Assembly: GCA_963708075.1 (NCBI GenBank) | Contig: OY970194.1 | Location: 6,784,001-6,848,000, forward strand | Length of the DNA stretch: 64,000 nucleotides | Direction: 5' to 3' | Origin: Sedimentisphaerales bacterium | GTDB taxonomy: Bacteria; Planctomycetota; Phycisphaerae; Sedimentisphaerales; Anaerobacaceae | Shown here: piece by piece, positions 20,987 through 31,916 of the stretch | Layout of the letters: each line of letters opens with the position of its first letter | Position numbering within the stretch: the stretch's first letter is position 1 | Notes under the pieces: generated by a model | Told to the model about the DNA's origin: nothing | Databases searched by the model: none | The model's input: only the letters and a program-made list of their open reading frames with translations | Position numbers and translations under genes: made by a program

Positions 20987-21730
20987 ATGTCCAAGCGGTG
21001 TTGTGAGGTCTGTGCGTACGCCTGCGGGGTCCGGCGCGGTCCGGCCCAGATGCGGGTTTGTGCGAATTGTCCCGATGCACCCGGCGAGCTGACGCAGGTC
21101 GCGGGCGATGACTGTTGTCCCCGGTTTCGGGCGAAACGAGGTCCCGTGGTCCGGCTGGAGCCGCCGGAGGCGCCGGACGAGCGGACCAGGCTCATCCCGC
21201 TGACCCGGGGCAAGTTCGCGATGGTGGATGCGTCCGACTACGAGCAGCTCAGCAGATACAAATGGCACGCGATAAAGGCGGGCGGGAACTTCTATGCCTG
21301 CCGCAAAGAGAAGGGCAAGACCATTCTCATGCACCGACAGATCATGCAGGCGCCGGAGGGGAAGGTCGTCGATCACAAGAACCACAATGGCTTGGACGAC
21401 CACCGGCACAACCTGCGGAAATGTACGCAACAGCAGAACGTCTGCAACAGCCGGCCGCAGGGGGGCGAATCGGGCTTCAAGGGTGTGACGCGACACAGGG
21501 ACAAGTGGTCCGCCAGGATCAAGTACAAAGGGAAGTTGTATTACCTGGGGTGTTTTGACGACCCGGTCCAGGCCGCACTCGCCCGCGACCGCAAGGCTCG
21601 CGAGCTCGCCGGCGAGTACGCCTGGCTCAACCGCCCGGACGCCATCGCCGGCCGAATCGTGTATCTCAAAGGCATCATCCGCGTCCGTGTACGCCTCACC
21701 GCCCGCCTGCAAATCCTGCCGGCCGGATGA
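20987..21730 (+). CDS. HNH endonuclease/AP2-domain protein with Cys-rich N-terminus
   Basis: IPLTRGKFAMVD, VVDHKNHNGLD...NLR.CTQQQN (HNH), SGFKGV...W.A.I......YLG.F......A.A.D (AP2). Confidence 0.85.
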   Translation: MSKRCCEVCAYACGVRRGPAQMRVCANCPDAPGELTQVAGDDCCPRFRAKRGPVVRLEPPEAPDERTRLIPLTRGKFAMVDASDYEQLSRYKWHAIKAGGNFYACRKEKGKTILMHRQIMQAPEGKVVDHKNHNGLDDHRHNLRKCTQQQNVCNSRPQGGESGFKGVTRHRDKWSARIKYKGKLYYLGCFDDPVQAALARDRKARELAGEYAWLNRPDAIAGRIVYLKGIIRVRVRLTARLQILPAG

Positions 21731-22170
21731 GCCACAAACCCGCAATCACCGAAGAACATCTCCAGATGACTTCAACGAAGCGCCATAGACTCCCGCCGCA
21801 GAAAGAGTCAGAAACAACAAATCACACGAATTGCCCCGAAAAGGATGAAAATGGCATAGGCCGCTCGTAGGGTGGGTCCTTGACCCACGCGGTTGCCCAT
21901 GCGAAACGTTCTTGACCGAATTCGCCGCAGCGAGTGCAGGTATTGACGGCAAGCCAGACGGGAAACCAGGGGAAACTATGGTCCGTGTCGAATGGCACCT
22001 ATAGGGCCATGCCCCCCGCGATCCTTATAGGATGGCCCGGCGCATGCTCATGCGATACGGATAGGATTTCGGCAGACGTGAGGCAACCCTTCCTGTGGCG
22101 TTCAGAGAAGGAGTCACGCCACGATGGAAGGACTGGCCTACGAGCCAAGACTCATGGTATGATGAACGTA

Positions 22171-22941
22171 ATGGCCCTTGGACACGCGAAATTCAGATCG
22201 TACCGGAGTTATCATAGATTCCGACGGGCAACTATGCGGCAAACGCGGTACGCACTCAGCGCCGAAAGCCAAGCCTTCCTGGAAACGGTGAAAGATACGG
22301 CGACAGACAGAGTCCGTGTTCTCGCTGCTGATGAACGCCTTTGGCGAGCACAGCTTGGCTGCCGCGACTCCGATACAGATGGAAAGCCAGTCCCCTATAA
22401 GCGGAAACGGATGAAACCGCTGCCAGAACGAGCACAGGAAGGTCGGGCCAATCCTAAAGGTATTCCCTATCTCTATCTTGCCACTGATCGTGACACAGCA
22501 ATTGGTGAGGTCCGCCCATGGGTCGGGTCATACGTCTCAGTGTGTAGGTTCACGATACGGAAAGAACTCCGGCTTGTAGATTGCACGAAAGATGAGCAGC
22601 CGTACAAGCGATACAGAAAAGAACCACGACCGGAGATACGGGAAGAAGCCGTATGGTCGTCCATCAGCCGCGCGTTCTCCAAGCCGGTCAACCCCTGCGA
22701 TGACATCGCCGATTATGTGCCCACGCAGATAATCGCGGAGTTCCTGAAGACCCATGGATACGATGGCATCGAATACCGCAGTTCGCTGGGCAAGGGGCAT
22801 AACATAGTGCTCTTTGACCTCAGCTTGGCCGAACCCGGCACGTGCTATCTGTTCCAGGTAAAAACCGTGTCATTCGCATCCAAGGATACGGGGAAACGTT
22901 ATCCTCCCGCCGCAGCACCATTGCATCTTCGTGATCGATAG
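22171..22941 (+). CDS. RES-domain protein (NAD+-degrading toxin family)
   Basis: GRANPKGIPYLYLA...AIGEVRP, YVPTQIIAEF....GYDGIEYRSS; start uncertain. Confidence 0.85.
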   Translation: MALGHAKFRSYRSYHRFRRATMRQTRYALSAESQAFLETVKDTATDRVRVLAADERLWRAQLGCRDSDTDGKPVPYKRKRMKPLPERAQEGRANPKGIPYLYLATDRDTAIGEVRPWVGSYVSVCRFTIRKELRLVDCTKDEQPYKRYRKEPRPEIREEAVWSSISRAFSKPVNPCDDIADYVPTQIIAEFLKTHGYDGIEYRSSLGKGHNIVLFDLSLAEPGTCYLFQVKTVSFASKDTGKRYPPAAAPLHLRDR

Positions 22942-23114
22942 TGTCTTGAGACCCAACAAGAAAGCCCGGCATAAAACCGAGCTTCGCTCGCTTCACTATC
23001 GTAGCCGCTACTTCACCAGGCGCACCCGCCTTTGATCGTCGTGGAAATCTGGACACCATACTCACTTCGGATGCCGAGATAGGTAAGATGTCGCGGGGAT
23101 TCCCAGGAAGGAAA

Positions 23115-24083
23115 TCACACGGAGCGTCGTTTACCTGAGCTGATCACGATCGGACCGGCCGAGCGGTCGTTGACGACGATCGTGAACATCGTATCTTCCC
23201 TGCAACTTGTGCGGCAGGCGGCCTGGACAGCGGGGAGGTTCTCTCCGAAGGCCGTGAAGGTACGCTCCGAGTCGTCGTTCCTGGTATACACGCCATTGGC
23301 ATCGGGACCCTGCTGGTGGGCTCCCTTGCGGAGAAAAGACTTGCTGAAGTTGCCTTCGATCATGTATTTCGCGCCCTGCTCCGAAGCCACCGTCGGGCTG
23401 CCCTTGAGAATGCGCTTCGCGGTCTTCTCGCAGTCCGCCTGCTTGCCGCGGATGCGGACTTTGACGCCACCCTCGATGAACTCCATGGTGACTTTCTGCC
23501 CAATGGCGGCGATGGCCTCGGCCCCGGTGATCTTCTCGAATCCACCGGCCGGCGCTTCCGCGGCGGGCGCGACCTCGGGCTGCGGCTTCTGAGCCGTCGC
23601 CTTCGTCTCGATGGGCTCGCCCGGATTCCGGAGTTCGCCACGGAAAACGAGTCCGTGTTGCCCTTCTTCGGAGGTCAGGCTGCCAGGGCGTCCGACGAAG
23701 TGGGCCACGCGCGTCAGCAGGCTCTTCGGCGTGGCGCTCAGCGGTGTGAGCTTGAAGCGACCGTCGGGTTTGCGATCGAGGACGATCGAGCCGGTCTCCT
23801 CAGGCTCTCCGGCGTAGATCCCCCAGACGATGACCCTACCGGTCTTCACGACGGTGACAGGATTCCCCCTCATGACCAGCCCGCCGAAGGTCGCCGCGAG
23901 CTCACGATTGGGACTCGTAATCCAGGCGTTGTCTTTCTCGATCAGCAAGAACGCATGACGCTCGCTCAGCGGACGCTGAAGTCTCGCTTTGCTCTTAGGT
24001 ATCTTCACGTCTTCTGCCAAGGCCCCAATGACTAATGACAAAACGGATAACGACGATTGAAGAGAGTATATCGTCAGCGGCAT
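23115..24083 (-). CDS. Hypothetical protein, possibly 5'-truncated
   Basis: Long ORF with coding-like codon use from about 23980 downwards; the 5' part is AT-rich and repeat-like; no motif recognised. Confidence 0.45.
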   Translation of the reverse strand: MPLTIYSLQSSLSVLSLVIGALAEDVKIPKSKARLQRPLSERHAFLLIEKDNAWITSPNRELAATFGGLVMRGNPVTVVKTGRVIVWGIYAGEPEETGSIVLDRKPDGRFKLTPLSATPKSLLTRVAHFVGRPGSLTSEEGQHGLVFRGELRNPGEPIETKATAQKPQPEVAPAAEAPAGGFEKITGAEAIAAIGQKVTMEFIEGGVKVRIRGKQADCEKTAKRILKGSPTVASEQGAKYMIEGNFSKSFLRKGAHQQGPDANGVYTRNDDSERTFTAFGENLPAVQAACRTSCREDTMFTIVVNDRSAGPIVISSGKRRSV

Positions 24084-24306
24084 CAAGAATCCAGAAGAAA
24101 TGGAGACTACGGCAACGCCCCAGAGGGTCACACAGAGGGTCACATGGGGTCAGAGCTTGATTAGCGGTTGTTGGTTGATCGTTGTTGGTTCTCAGTTGAG
24201 AAGCCTTCATACTACTACTTGTCAGAATCTTGTTTTCTTGCGCAAATCTTGGTTGCGGCCGCAGGCCGCGCTGGGCTCTTCGAGGTCTTCGTGGCTGAAA
24301 GGACCT

Positions 24307-24469
24307 GGATTCCCGCCTTCGCGGGAATGACGTACATGCGGTCTTTCTCGCGTGTTTCGCGTATTTCGCGGTTAAATCGCAGTTGTCGGGGGTCAGTTGG
24401 CGGTTGTCAGTTGAAAACCTGGATTTCCGACCCCGATCAGGTCGAGGGCAGGCCCTGCGCGGGAATGAC
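24307..24469. repeat. Two GTCATTCCCGCG-type REP palindromes, the second carrying a nested insert
   Basis: GGATTCCCGCCTTCGCGGGAATGAC (24307-24331); GGATTTCCG[accccgatcaggtcgagggcagg]CCCTGCGCGGGAATGAC (24421-24469). Confidence 0.75.
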
Positions 24470-24615
24470 ATGGCAGGGGGGCCTTTTTTCATGTGGTTCG
24501 CGTCCCGCGATCCGGGGCACCGGTAGTCTACGTGCAAACCGGCAGCAACTGGAAATCCTCTCCAGATGACTTCAGCCATTAGTGTCATTCGTGCGATTCG
24601 TTGTTCAGGAGGGCG

Positions 24616-24678
24616 TTCGTATTTTGGTGAAAAGAAAACGCAAGATAACCTTTGCAATCGTGACGCAAAATGGATAAT
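24616..24678 (+). promoter_or_regulatory. Putative activator site plus -10 box for the ara operon
   Basis: TTCGTATTTTGGTGAAAAGAAAACGCAA (24616-24643), 29 nt, then GATAAT; an extra CGCAAAATGG half-site abuts the -10 box. Confidence 0.65.
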
Positions 24679-24738
24679 AGGACACAAGCTCGCTCCCGGG
24701 GGCTTCTGTGACACCGGGGCCCGTGTGGATTCGAGGTT

Positions 24739-24798
24739 GTAGCACCCCCGCCCTCGGGGGTGACCTTGCAGATTCCCAGCCGAGGGCGGCTGGGCTAC
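24739..24798. repeat. GTAG-type REP doublet in the galM leader
   Basis: GTAGCACCCCCGCCCTCGGGGGTG ... CCCAGCCGAGGGCGGCTGGGCTAC. Confidence 0.7.
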
Positions 24799-24819
24799 AC
24801 CTTTTGAGAAAGGCAGACA

Positions 24820-26040
24820 ATGGTTGAGGTCAAGTCGCAGTTCATTCGTCTGAGTCTTGTCGCAGCGATCGTGGGTATTGCCGGGTGCGAGATGAGGCCG
24901 ATGCACCGCATGACGCCGAGAGCCGAGCGTCGTGAGTCGGCGGCTGCGAAGCCGGTGGCTACGGATTCCAAGTCGCCCACCCTGAATATTGAGACCAAGC
25001 CATTCGGCGAGACAGCAGAGGGCCAGCCGGTCCGGCTGTACTCGCTGCGCAACGCCAACGGGCTGACAGCGGACATCATGACCTACGGGGCCATCGTCGT
25101 CTCGCTCCAGACGCCCGATCGCGACGGACGGATGGACGACATCGTCCTCGGTTATGACAACCTGCAGGACTACATCAAGAACAGTCCCTACTTCGGCGCC
25201 ATCGTGGGACGCTACGGCAACCGGATTGCCAAGGGCAAATTCACGCTCGACGGCACCGAGTACACTCTCGCCACCAACAATAACAACCTGAACCACCTGC
25301 ACGGCGGGGTCAAGGGCTTCGACAAAGTCGTGTGGGACGATGAGCCCGTGTGGAAAGCCGACGCCGTCGGCGTCAAGCTCAGCTACCTGAGCAAGGACGG
25401 TGAGGAAGGCTATCCCGGCAACCTCAAGGCCACCGTCACGTACCTGCTGACGAATAAGAATGAGCTGAGGATCGACTACGAAGCAACGACGGACAAGCCC
25501 ACGCCCGTCAATCTGACGCATCATGGCTACTTCAACCTCACCGGCGGAGAGCGCGACATTCTCGGCCACGTCCTCGTCCTCAACGCGGCCCAATTCACCC
25601 CCGTCGATGAGGGCCTGATCCCCACGGGCGAGCTTACCCCTGTCCGGGGTACGCCGATGGATTTCACCAAACCCGCAGAGATCGGGGCGAGGATCAATAA
25701 CGGGTATCAGCAGCTCAAGTTCGGCGGCGGATACGACCACAACTGGGTCTTGGACAAGCGAGGCAGCGGAATGACTTTGGCCGCTCGTGTCTATGAGCCG
25801 ACGACAGGGCGGATCATGGAGATCCTGACCCTGGAGCCCGGCATCCAGTTCTACTCCGGCAACTTCCTCGACGGCACGATCACCGGCAAAGAGGGCAAGG
25901 TCTACAAGCATCGCTGGGGCTTCTGCCTGGAGACGCAGCACTTCCCGGACTCGCCCAATAAGCCGAACTTCCCGTCCACAATCCTGCGGCCGGGCGAGAA
26001 ATACGAGACAACGACGATCTATCGCTTCTCAGCAAAATAA
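24820..26040 (+). CDS. galM: Aldose 1-epimerase (mutarotase) with predicted lipoprotein signal
   Basis: GRYGNRIA, HLHGG, NLTHHGYFNL, GYDHNW, FCLETQHFPDSPN; lipobox IAG-C. Confidence 0.93.
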   Translation: MVEVKSQFIRLSLVAAIVGIAGCEMRPMHRMTPRAERRESAAAKPVATDSKSPTLNIETKPFGETAEGQPVRLYSLRNANGLTADIMTYGAIVVSLQTPDRDGRMDDIVLGYDNLQDYIKNSPYFGAIVGRYGNRIAKGKFTLDGTEYTLATNNNNLNHLHGGVKGFDKVVWDDEPVWKADAVGVKLSYLSKDGEEGYPGNLKATVTYLLTNKNELRIDYEATTDKPTPVNLTHHGYFNLTGGERDILGHVLVLNAAQFTPVDEGLIPTGELTPVRGTPMDFTKPAEIGARINNGYQQLKFGGGYDHNWVLDKRGSGMTLAARVYEPTTGRIMEILTLEPGIQFYSGNFLDGTITGKEGKVYKHRWGFCLETQHFPDSPNKPNFPSTILRPGEKYETTTIYRFSAK

Positions 26041-26089
26041 TCGGTGGGATGAGAACCATAAATCCATTGGTATTCTGCAGGGGATCTGT

Positions 26090-27880
<1,791 letters not shown>

Positions 27881-28040
27881 CGGGAACGATGAAGAAGATG
27901 GTGTGCGTAGCACACCCTACCGCTACGGCTGTCGCCCGGCACGGGACCCTTTGGGGTACTTCTCCGGGTGGCAGCGGCAAGCGAATGCTTGCCGATGGTG
28001 TGTGAGGTGACCGGGTAACGGTTGCTTAGGGGATGACGAC

Positions 28041-29714
28041 ATGAAGTATGCGATAGGTTTGGACTACGGCACGAACAGCGTGCGGTGCGTGATTGTCGAT
28101 ACCGCCGACGGGCGGGAGCTGGGCACGTGCGTCTTTGAGTATCCGACGGGCGAGGCGGGGATCATCCTTGACCCGGCGGACCATAATCTGGCCCGGCAGA
28201 ATCCGGCCGATTATCTCAAGGGTGCGGAGGTCACAATCGCCGGGGCGATTGCCCAGGCTCGCAAGGCCGATTCGCGATTCGATCCGAAGGACGTCGTCGG
28301 CGTCGGCGTGGATACGACGGGCTCGACGCCTCTGCCGGTGGACAGGAACGGCACGCCGCTGGCGATGCTGGATCGGTTCAAGGACAATCCCAACGCACAC
28401 GCGTGGCTGTGGAAGGACCACACCGGCTACGCGGAGGCGGCGGAAATCACGGCCCAAGCCCGCAGGGAGCGACCGCAGTACCTGGACAAGTGCGGCGGGA
28501 CGTATTCCTCCGAGTGGTTCTTCAGCAAGATTCTCCACTGCCTGCGTGTGGACCCCGAGACTTTTGATGCCGCGTACACGTGGGTCGAGCACGCCGACTG
28601 GCTGCCGGCGGTGCTGACCGGGACCGAGGCCCCGGACAAGCTTCGGCGATGCCGCTGTGCGGCGGGGCACAAGGCCATGTTCAACGACACCTGGGGCGGC
28701 TATCCGGACGCCGAGTTTCTCTCCGGGCTCGATCCTAAGCTCGGCAAGCTTCGCGGGACGCTGAGCAACCAGACCTACGCGGTGGACAAAGCGGCCGGAA
28801 AACTGACGCATGAGTGGGCGAAGAGATTCGGACTGCCCGCGGGCATCCCCGTGGCCATGGGGGCGTTCGACGCGCACCTTGGCGCCGTCGGATCGGGCAT
28901 CCGCAGCGGCGTGCTCGTCAAGATCATCGGCACCAGCACCTGCGACATGGTGGTGTCGCCGACCGGCGTGAGCCTGGCGGATGTCCCCGGCATCTGCGGC
29001 ATCGTGGATGGCTCAATTCTGCCCGGCTACTACGGGCTGGAGGCGGGCCAGTCGGCGGTGGGGGACATCTTCAACTGGTTCGTCAACTACATCCAGCCGG
29101 GCGGCAAAGAGGCCGGCTCGCACCAGTCCCTTACAGACAAAGCGGCGCGTCTCAAGCCGGGCCAGTCCGGCCTGCTTGCGCTCGATTGGAACAACGGCAA
29201 CCGCACGATTCTCGTCGATCAGCGGCTTACGGGACTCATCCTCGGCCAGACGCTGCACACCCGGCCCGAGGAAATCTACCGGGCGCTGGTCGAGGCCACG
29301 GCCTTCGGGGCGCTGACGATCATCAACCGATTCGAAGAGTACGGCGTCAAGATCAGCGAGGTCGTCAACTGTGGCGGCATCGCCGAGAAGAACGCCATGC
29401 TCATGCAGATTTACGCCGATGTCACCGGACGAGAGATGAAGGTCTCTCGCTCGGCCCAGACCTGTGCCTTGGGCTCGGCCGTCGCGGCCGCTGTCGTCGG
29501 CGGGGCGTACCCGGACTTCGCTCACGCTCAGGCGGCCATGTGCGGCATCAAGGAGACCACTTACAAGCCGATCGCGAAGAACCACAAGGTCTATCGGCAA
29601 CTGTACAAGCTTTACCGGCGGCTCCACGACGGCTTCGGAATGGCCAAGAAGACCCTGGCCATGGGCGGCGTGATGAAAGAGCTGCTGGACATCAAAGAGA
29701 AAGCCAACGCGTAG
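28041..29714 (+). CDS. araB: Ribulokinase
   Basis: IGLDYGT.SVR, DTTGSTP, LWKDHT, YSSEWF, GTSTCD, EAGQSAVGD, LDW.NGNRT. Confidence 0.93.
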   Translation: MKYAIGLDYGTNSVRCVIVDTADGRELGTCVFEYPTGEAGIILDPADHNLARQNPADYLKGAEVTIAGAIAQARKADSRFDPKDVVGVGVDTTGSTPLPVDRNGTPLAMLDRFKDNPNAHAWLWKDHTGYAEAAEITAQARRERPQYLDKCGGTYSSEWFFSKILHCLRVDPETFDAAYTWVEHADWLPAVLTGTEAPDKLRRCRCAAGHKAMFNDTWGGYPDAEFLSGLDPKLGKLRGTLSNQTYAVDKAAGKLTHEWAKRFGLPAGIPVAMGAFDAHLGAVGSGIRSGVLVKIIGTSTCDMVVSPTGVSLADVPGICGIVDGSILPGYYGLEAGQSAVGDIFNWFVNYIQPGGKEAGSHQSLTDKAARLKPGQSGLLALDWNNGNRTILVDQRLTGLILGQTLHTRPEEIYRALVEATAFGALTIINRFEEYGVKISEVVNCGGIAEKNAMLMQIYADVTGREMKVSRSAQTCALGSAVAAAVVGGAYPDFAHAQAAMCGIKETTYKPIAKNHKVYRQLYKLYRRLHDGFGMAKKTLAMGGVMKELLDIKEKANA

Positions 29715-29716
29715 CG

Positions 29717-30406
29717 ATGCACGAGAAGCTCAAACAACACGTCTATGAGGCCAATCTCGACCTGCAGAAGCAGGGCCTGGTCGTCTTTACCTGGGGCAAC
29801 GTCAGCGGCATCGACCGCGCCGCCGGCATCGTCGCCATCAAGCCCAGCGGCGTCAACTACGCGGACCTCACGCCCGAGAGCATCGTCCTGGTCGATCTGC
29901 AGGGCAAGGTGGTGGACGGGAACCTGCGGCCGTCCTCAGACACCCCGACGCATCTGGAACTCTACCGCAATTTCCAGGGCATCGGCGGCGTCTGTCACAC
30001 GCACTCGATGTACGCCACGATGTGGGCCCAGGCCGAGCAGGGGATTCCCTGCTTTGGAACGACGCACGCCGATCATTTCTATGGCCCCGTGCCCGTGACC
30101 GACCCGCTGACGCGGGAGGAGATCGATGGTGCGTACGAGGAGAACACGGGCCGGGTCATCATCCGGCGGTTCCACGACATCGACCCGCTCCACATGCCCG
30201 CCGTGCTGGTCGCCAATCACGGGCCGTTCACCTGGGGCATCAGCCCGGATCGGGCCGTCGAGAACGCCGTCGTCCTGGAACAAGTGGCGAAGATGGCCTT
30301 CGGGACCATCTCCATCAACTGGCATCAAACCGCAATTTTACGAGCGCTTCTGGATAAGCATTATCTGCGAAAACATGGAACGAACGCATATTATGGGCAA
30401 CCATAG
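29717..30406 (+). CDS. araD: L-ribulose-5-phosphate 4-epimerase
   Basis: TWGNVS, IKPSGV, PSSDTPTH, HTHS, GTTHADHF, HYLRKHG.NAYYGQ; ATG just after the araB stop. Confidence 0.93.
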   Translation: MHEKLKQHVYEANLDLQKQGLVVFTWGNVSGIDRAAGIVAIKPSGVNYADLTPESIVLVDLQGKVVDGNLRPSSDTPTHLELYRNFQGIGGVCHTHSMYATMWAQAEQGIPCFGTTHADHFYGPVPVTDPLTREEIDGAYEENTGRVIIRRFHDIDPLHMPAVLVANHGPFTWGISPDRAVENAVVLEQVAKMAFGTISINWHQTAILRALLDKHYLRKHGTNAYYGQP

Positions 30407-30418
30407 AGGAGAGGCACA

Positions 30419-31825
30419 ATGAAGAAAGTGACGTTTGGTGTGATTGTCGGCAACCGCGGGTTCTTCCCGGACGTGCTGGCGAAAGAGGGCCGCAAGGACA
30501 TTCTCGACGTGCTCAAGAGGAACGGCTACGGGGCCGTCGCGCTGTCGACGACCGACACGAAGTACGGGGCCGTCGAGACCTTCGATGAGGCGAAGAAATG
30601 CGCGGAGCTGTTCGCGTCGAACGCGGGCCAGATCGACGGCATCATCGTGACGCTGCCGAACTTCGGCGACGAGCGGGGCATCGCCGAGACGATCAAGCGC
30701 AGCGGCCTGAGCGTGCCGATCCTCATCCAGGCCGAGGAGGACGTCGCGGGCCAGATGAAGATCGACCGGCGACGCGATTCTTTCTGCGGAAAAATCAGCG
30801 CCTGCAACAACCTGCGCCAGGCGGGCATCCCGTTCACGCTCACTCGCTCGCACACGGTAAAGGTCCAGTCGCCCGAGTTCAAGGCGGACCTGGACCGGTT
30901 CGCCGCCGTCTGCCGGATTATTCGCGGGCTCAAGAATGTCCGCTTCGGCGCGATCGGTTCGCGACCGGCAGCCTTTAACACTGTCCGCTACAGCGAAAAG
31001 ATTCTGGAGTTCGCAGGCATCGCCATCGAGCCGATCGATTTGTTTGAGGTACTCGGCAAGGTGGACCGGCTCGCCGATAACGATAGAGCCGTTAAAACGA
31101 AGCTCAACGCGATCAAGAAGTACACGATCACCGACTCGATTCCCGCCGATGGCCTGCTGAAGATGGCCAAGTTCGGCGCCGTCGTGGATGGATGGATCAA
31201 GAGCAATCATCTCGTCGGCACGGCAGTCCAGTGCTGGACGGCCCTGGAGGAGTACTTCGGCATCGTGCCCTGCACGTTAATGAGCATGATGAGCGAGTCG
31301 CTGCTGCCCAGCGCCTGCGAGGTCGATGTCACCGGCCTGCTCGCCATGTACATCCTGCAACTGGCCGGCGGCACGCCCAGCGCACTGCTCGACTGGAACA
31401 ACAACGTCGAGGGTGACCCGAACAAGTGCGTCCTGTTCCATTGCAGCAATCTGCCCAAGTCGTTCTTCCAGAGCGACCGGATGGATTATCAGGAGATCAT
31501 CGCCGGGTCGGTGGGCAAGGAGAACACGTACGGCACGATTGTCGGCCGGATCAAGGCCAGCCCCGCCACCTTCTGCCGCACGATGACGGACGACACGGAC
31601 GGCGTGCTTCGCGTCTATGTGGGCCAGGGCCAATTCACGGATGACGCGCTCGACACGTTCGGCGGCTACGGTGTCATGGAGATCGCGAATCTGCAGACGC
31701 TCCTGAGTTACATCTGCCGGATGGGCTTCGAGCATCACGTGGCCGTGAGCATGTCCGAGACGGCCGACGCCATCGCCGAGGCATTGGGCAATTATCTCGC
31801 GTGGGACGTGTACCATCATTCGTGA
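30419..31825 (+). CDS. L-fucose/L-arabinose isomerase-family protein (FucI-like fold, not canonical AraA)
   Basis: NFGDE, RRDSFCGKIS, QCW, ACEVD, FHCSN, FEHHVA; position within the araBD operon. Confidence 0.82.
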   Translation: MKKVTFGVIVGNRGFFPDVLAKEGRKDILDVLKRNGYGAVALSTTDTKYGAVETFDEAKKCAELFASNAGQIDGIIVTLPNFGDERGIAETIKRSGLSVPILIQAEEDVAGQMKIDRRRDSFCGKISACNNLRQAGIPFTLTRSHTVKVQSPEFKADLDRFAAVCRIIRGLKNVRFGAIGSRPAAFNTVRYSEKILEFAGIAIEPIDLFEVLGKVDRLADNDRAVKTKLNAIKKYTITDSIPADGLLKMAKFGAVVDGWIKSNHLVGTAVQCWTALEEYFGIVPCTLMSMMSESLLPSACEVDVTGLLAMYILQLAGGTPSALLDWNNNVEGDPNKCVLFHCSNLPKSFFQSDRMDYQEIIAGSVGKENTYGTIVGRIKASPATFCRTMTDDTDGVLRVYVGQGQFTDDALDTFGGYGVMEIANLQTLLSYICRMGFEHHVAVSMSETADAIAEALGNYLAWDVYHHS

Positions 31826-31916
31826 TTGCGGATTGATGATTGCGGATTGAGAACCTTGCCGCCCAGCCTGGCATCCGCAATGGAAGGCCTGTTCCCGCGA
31901 AGTATGCATGTGAAAT

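Noticed and set aside
21945..21985. GGCAAGCC...GGAAACC segment resembling a c-di-GMP-I riboswitch
   Set aside because: The GACGCAAAG element and the second stem are missing.
28814..30406. 530-aa ORF
   Set aside because: Only 29717-30406 (araD) is real; the rest is an alternative frame over araB.
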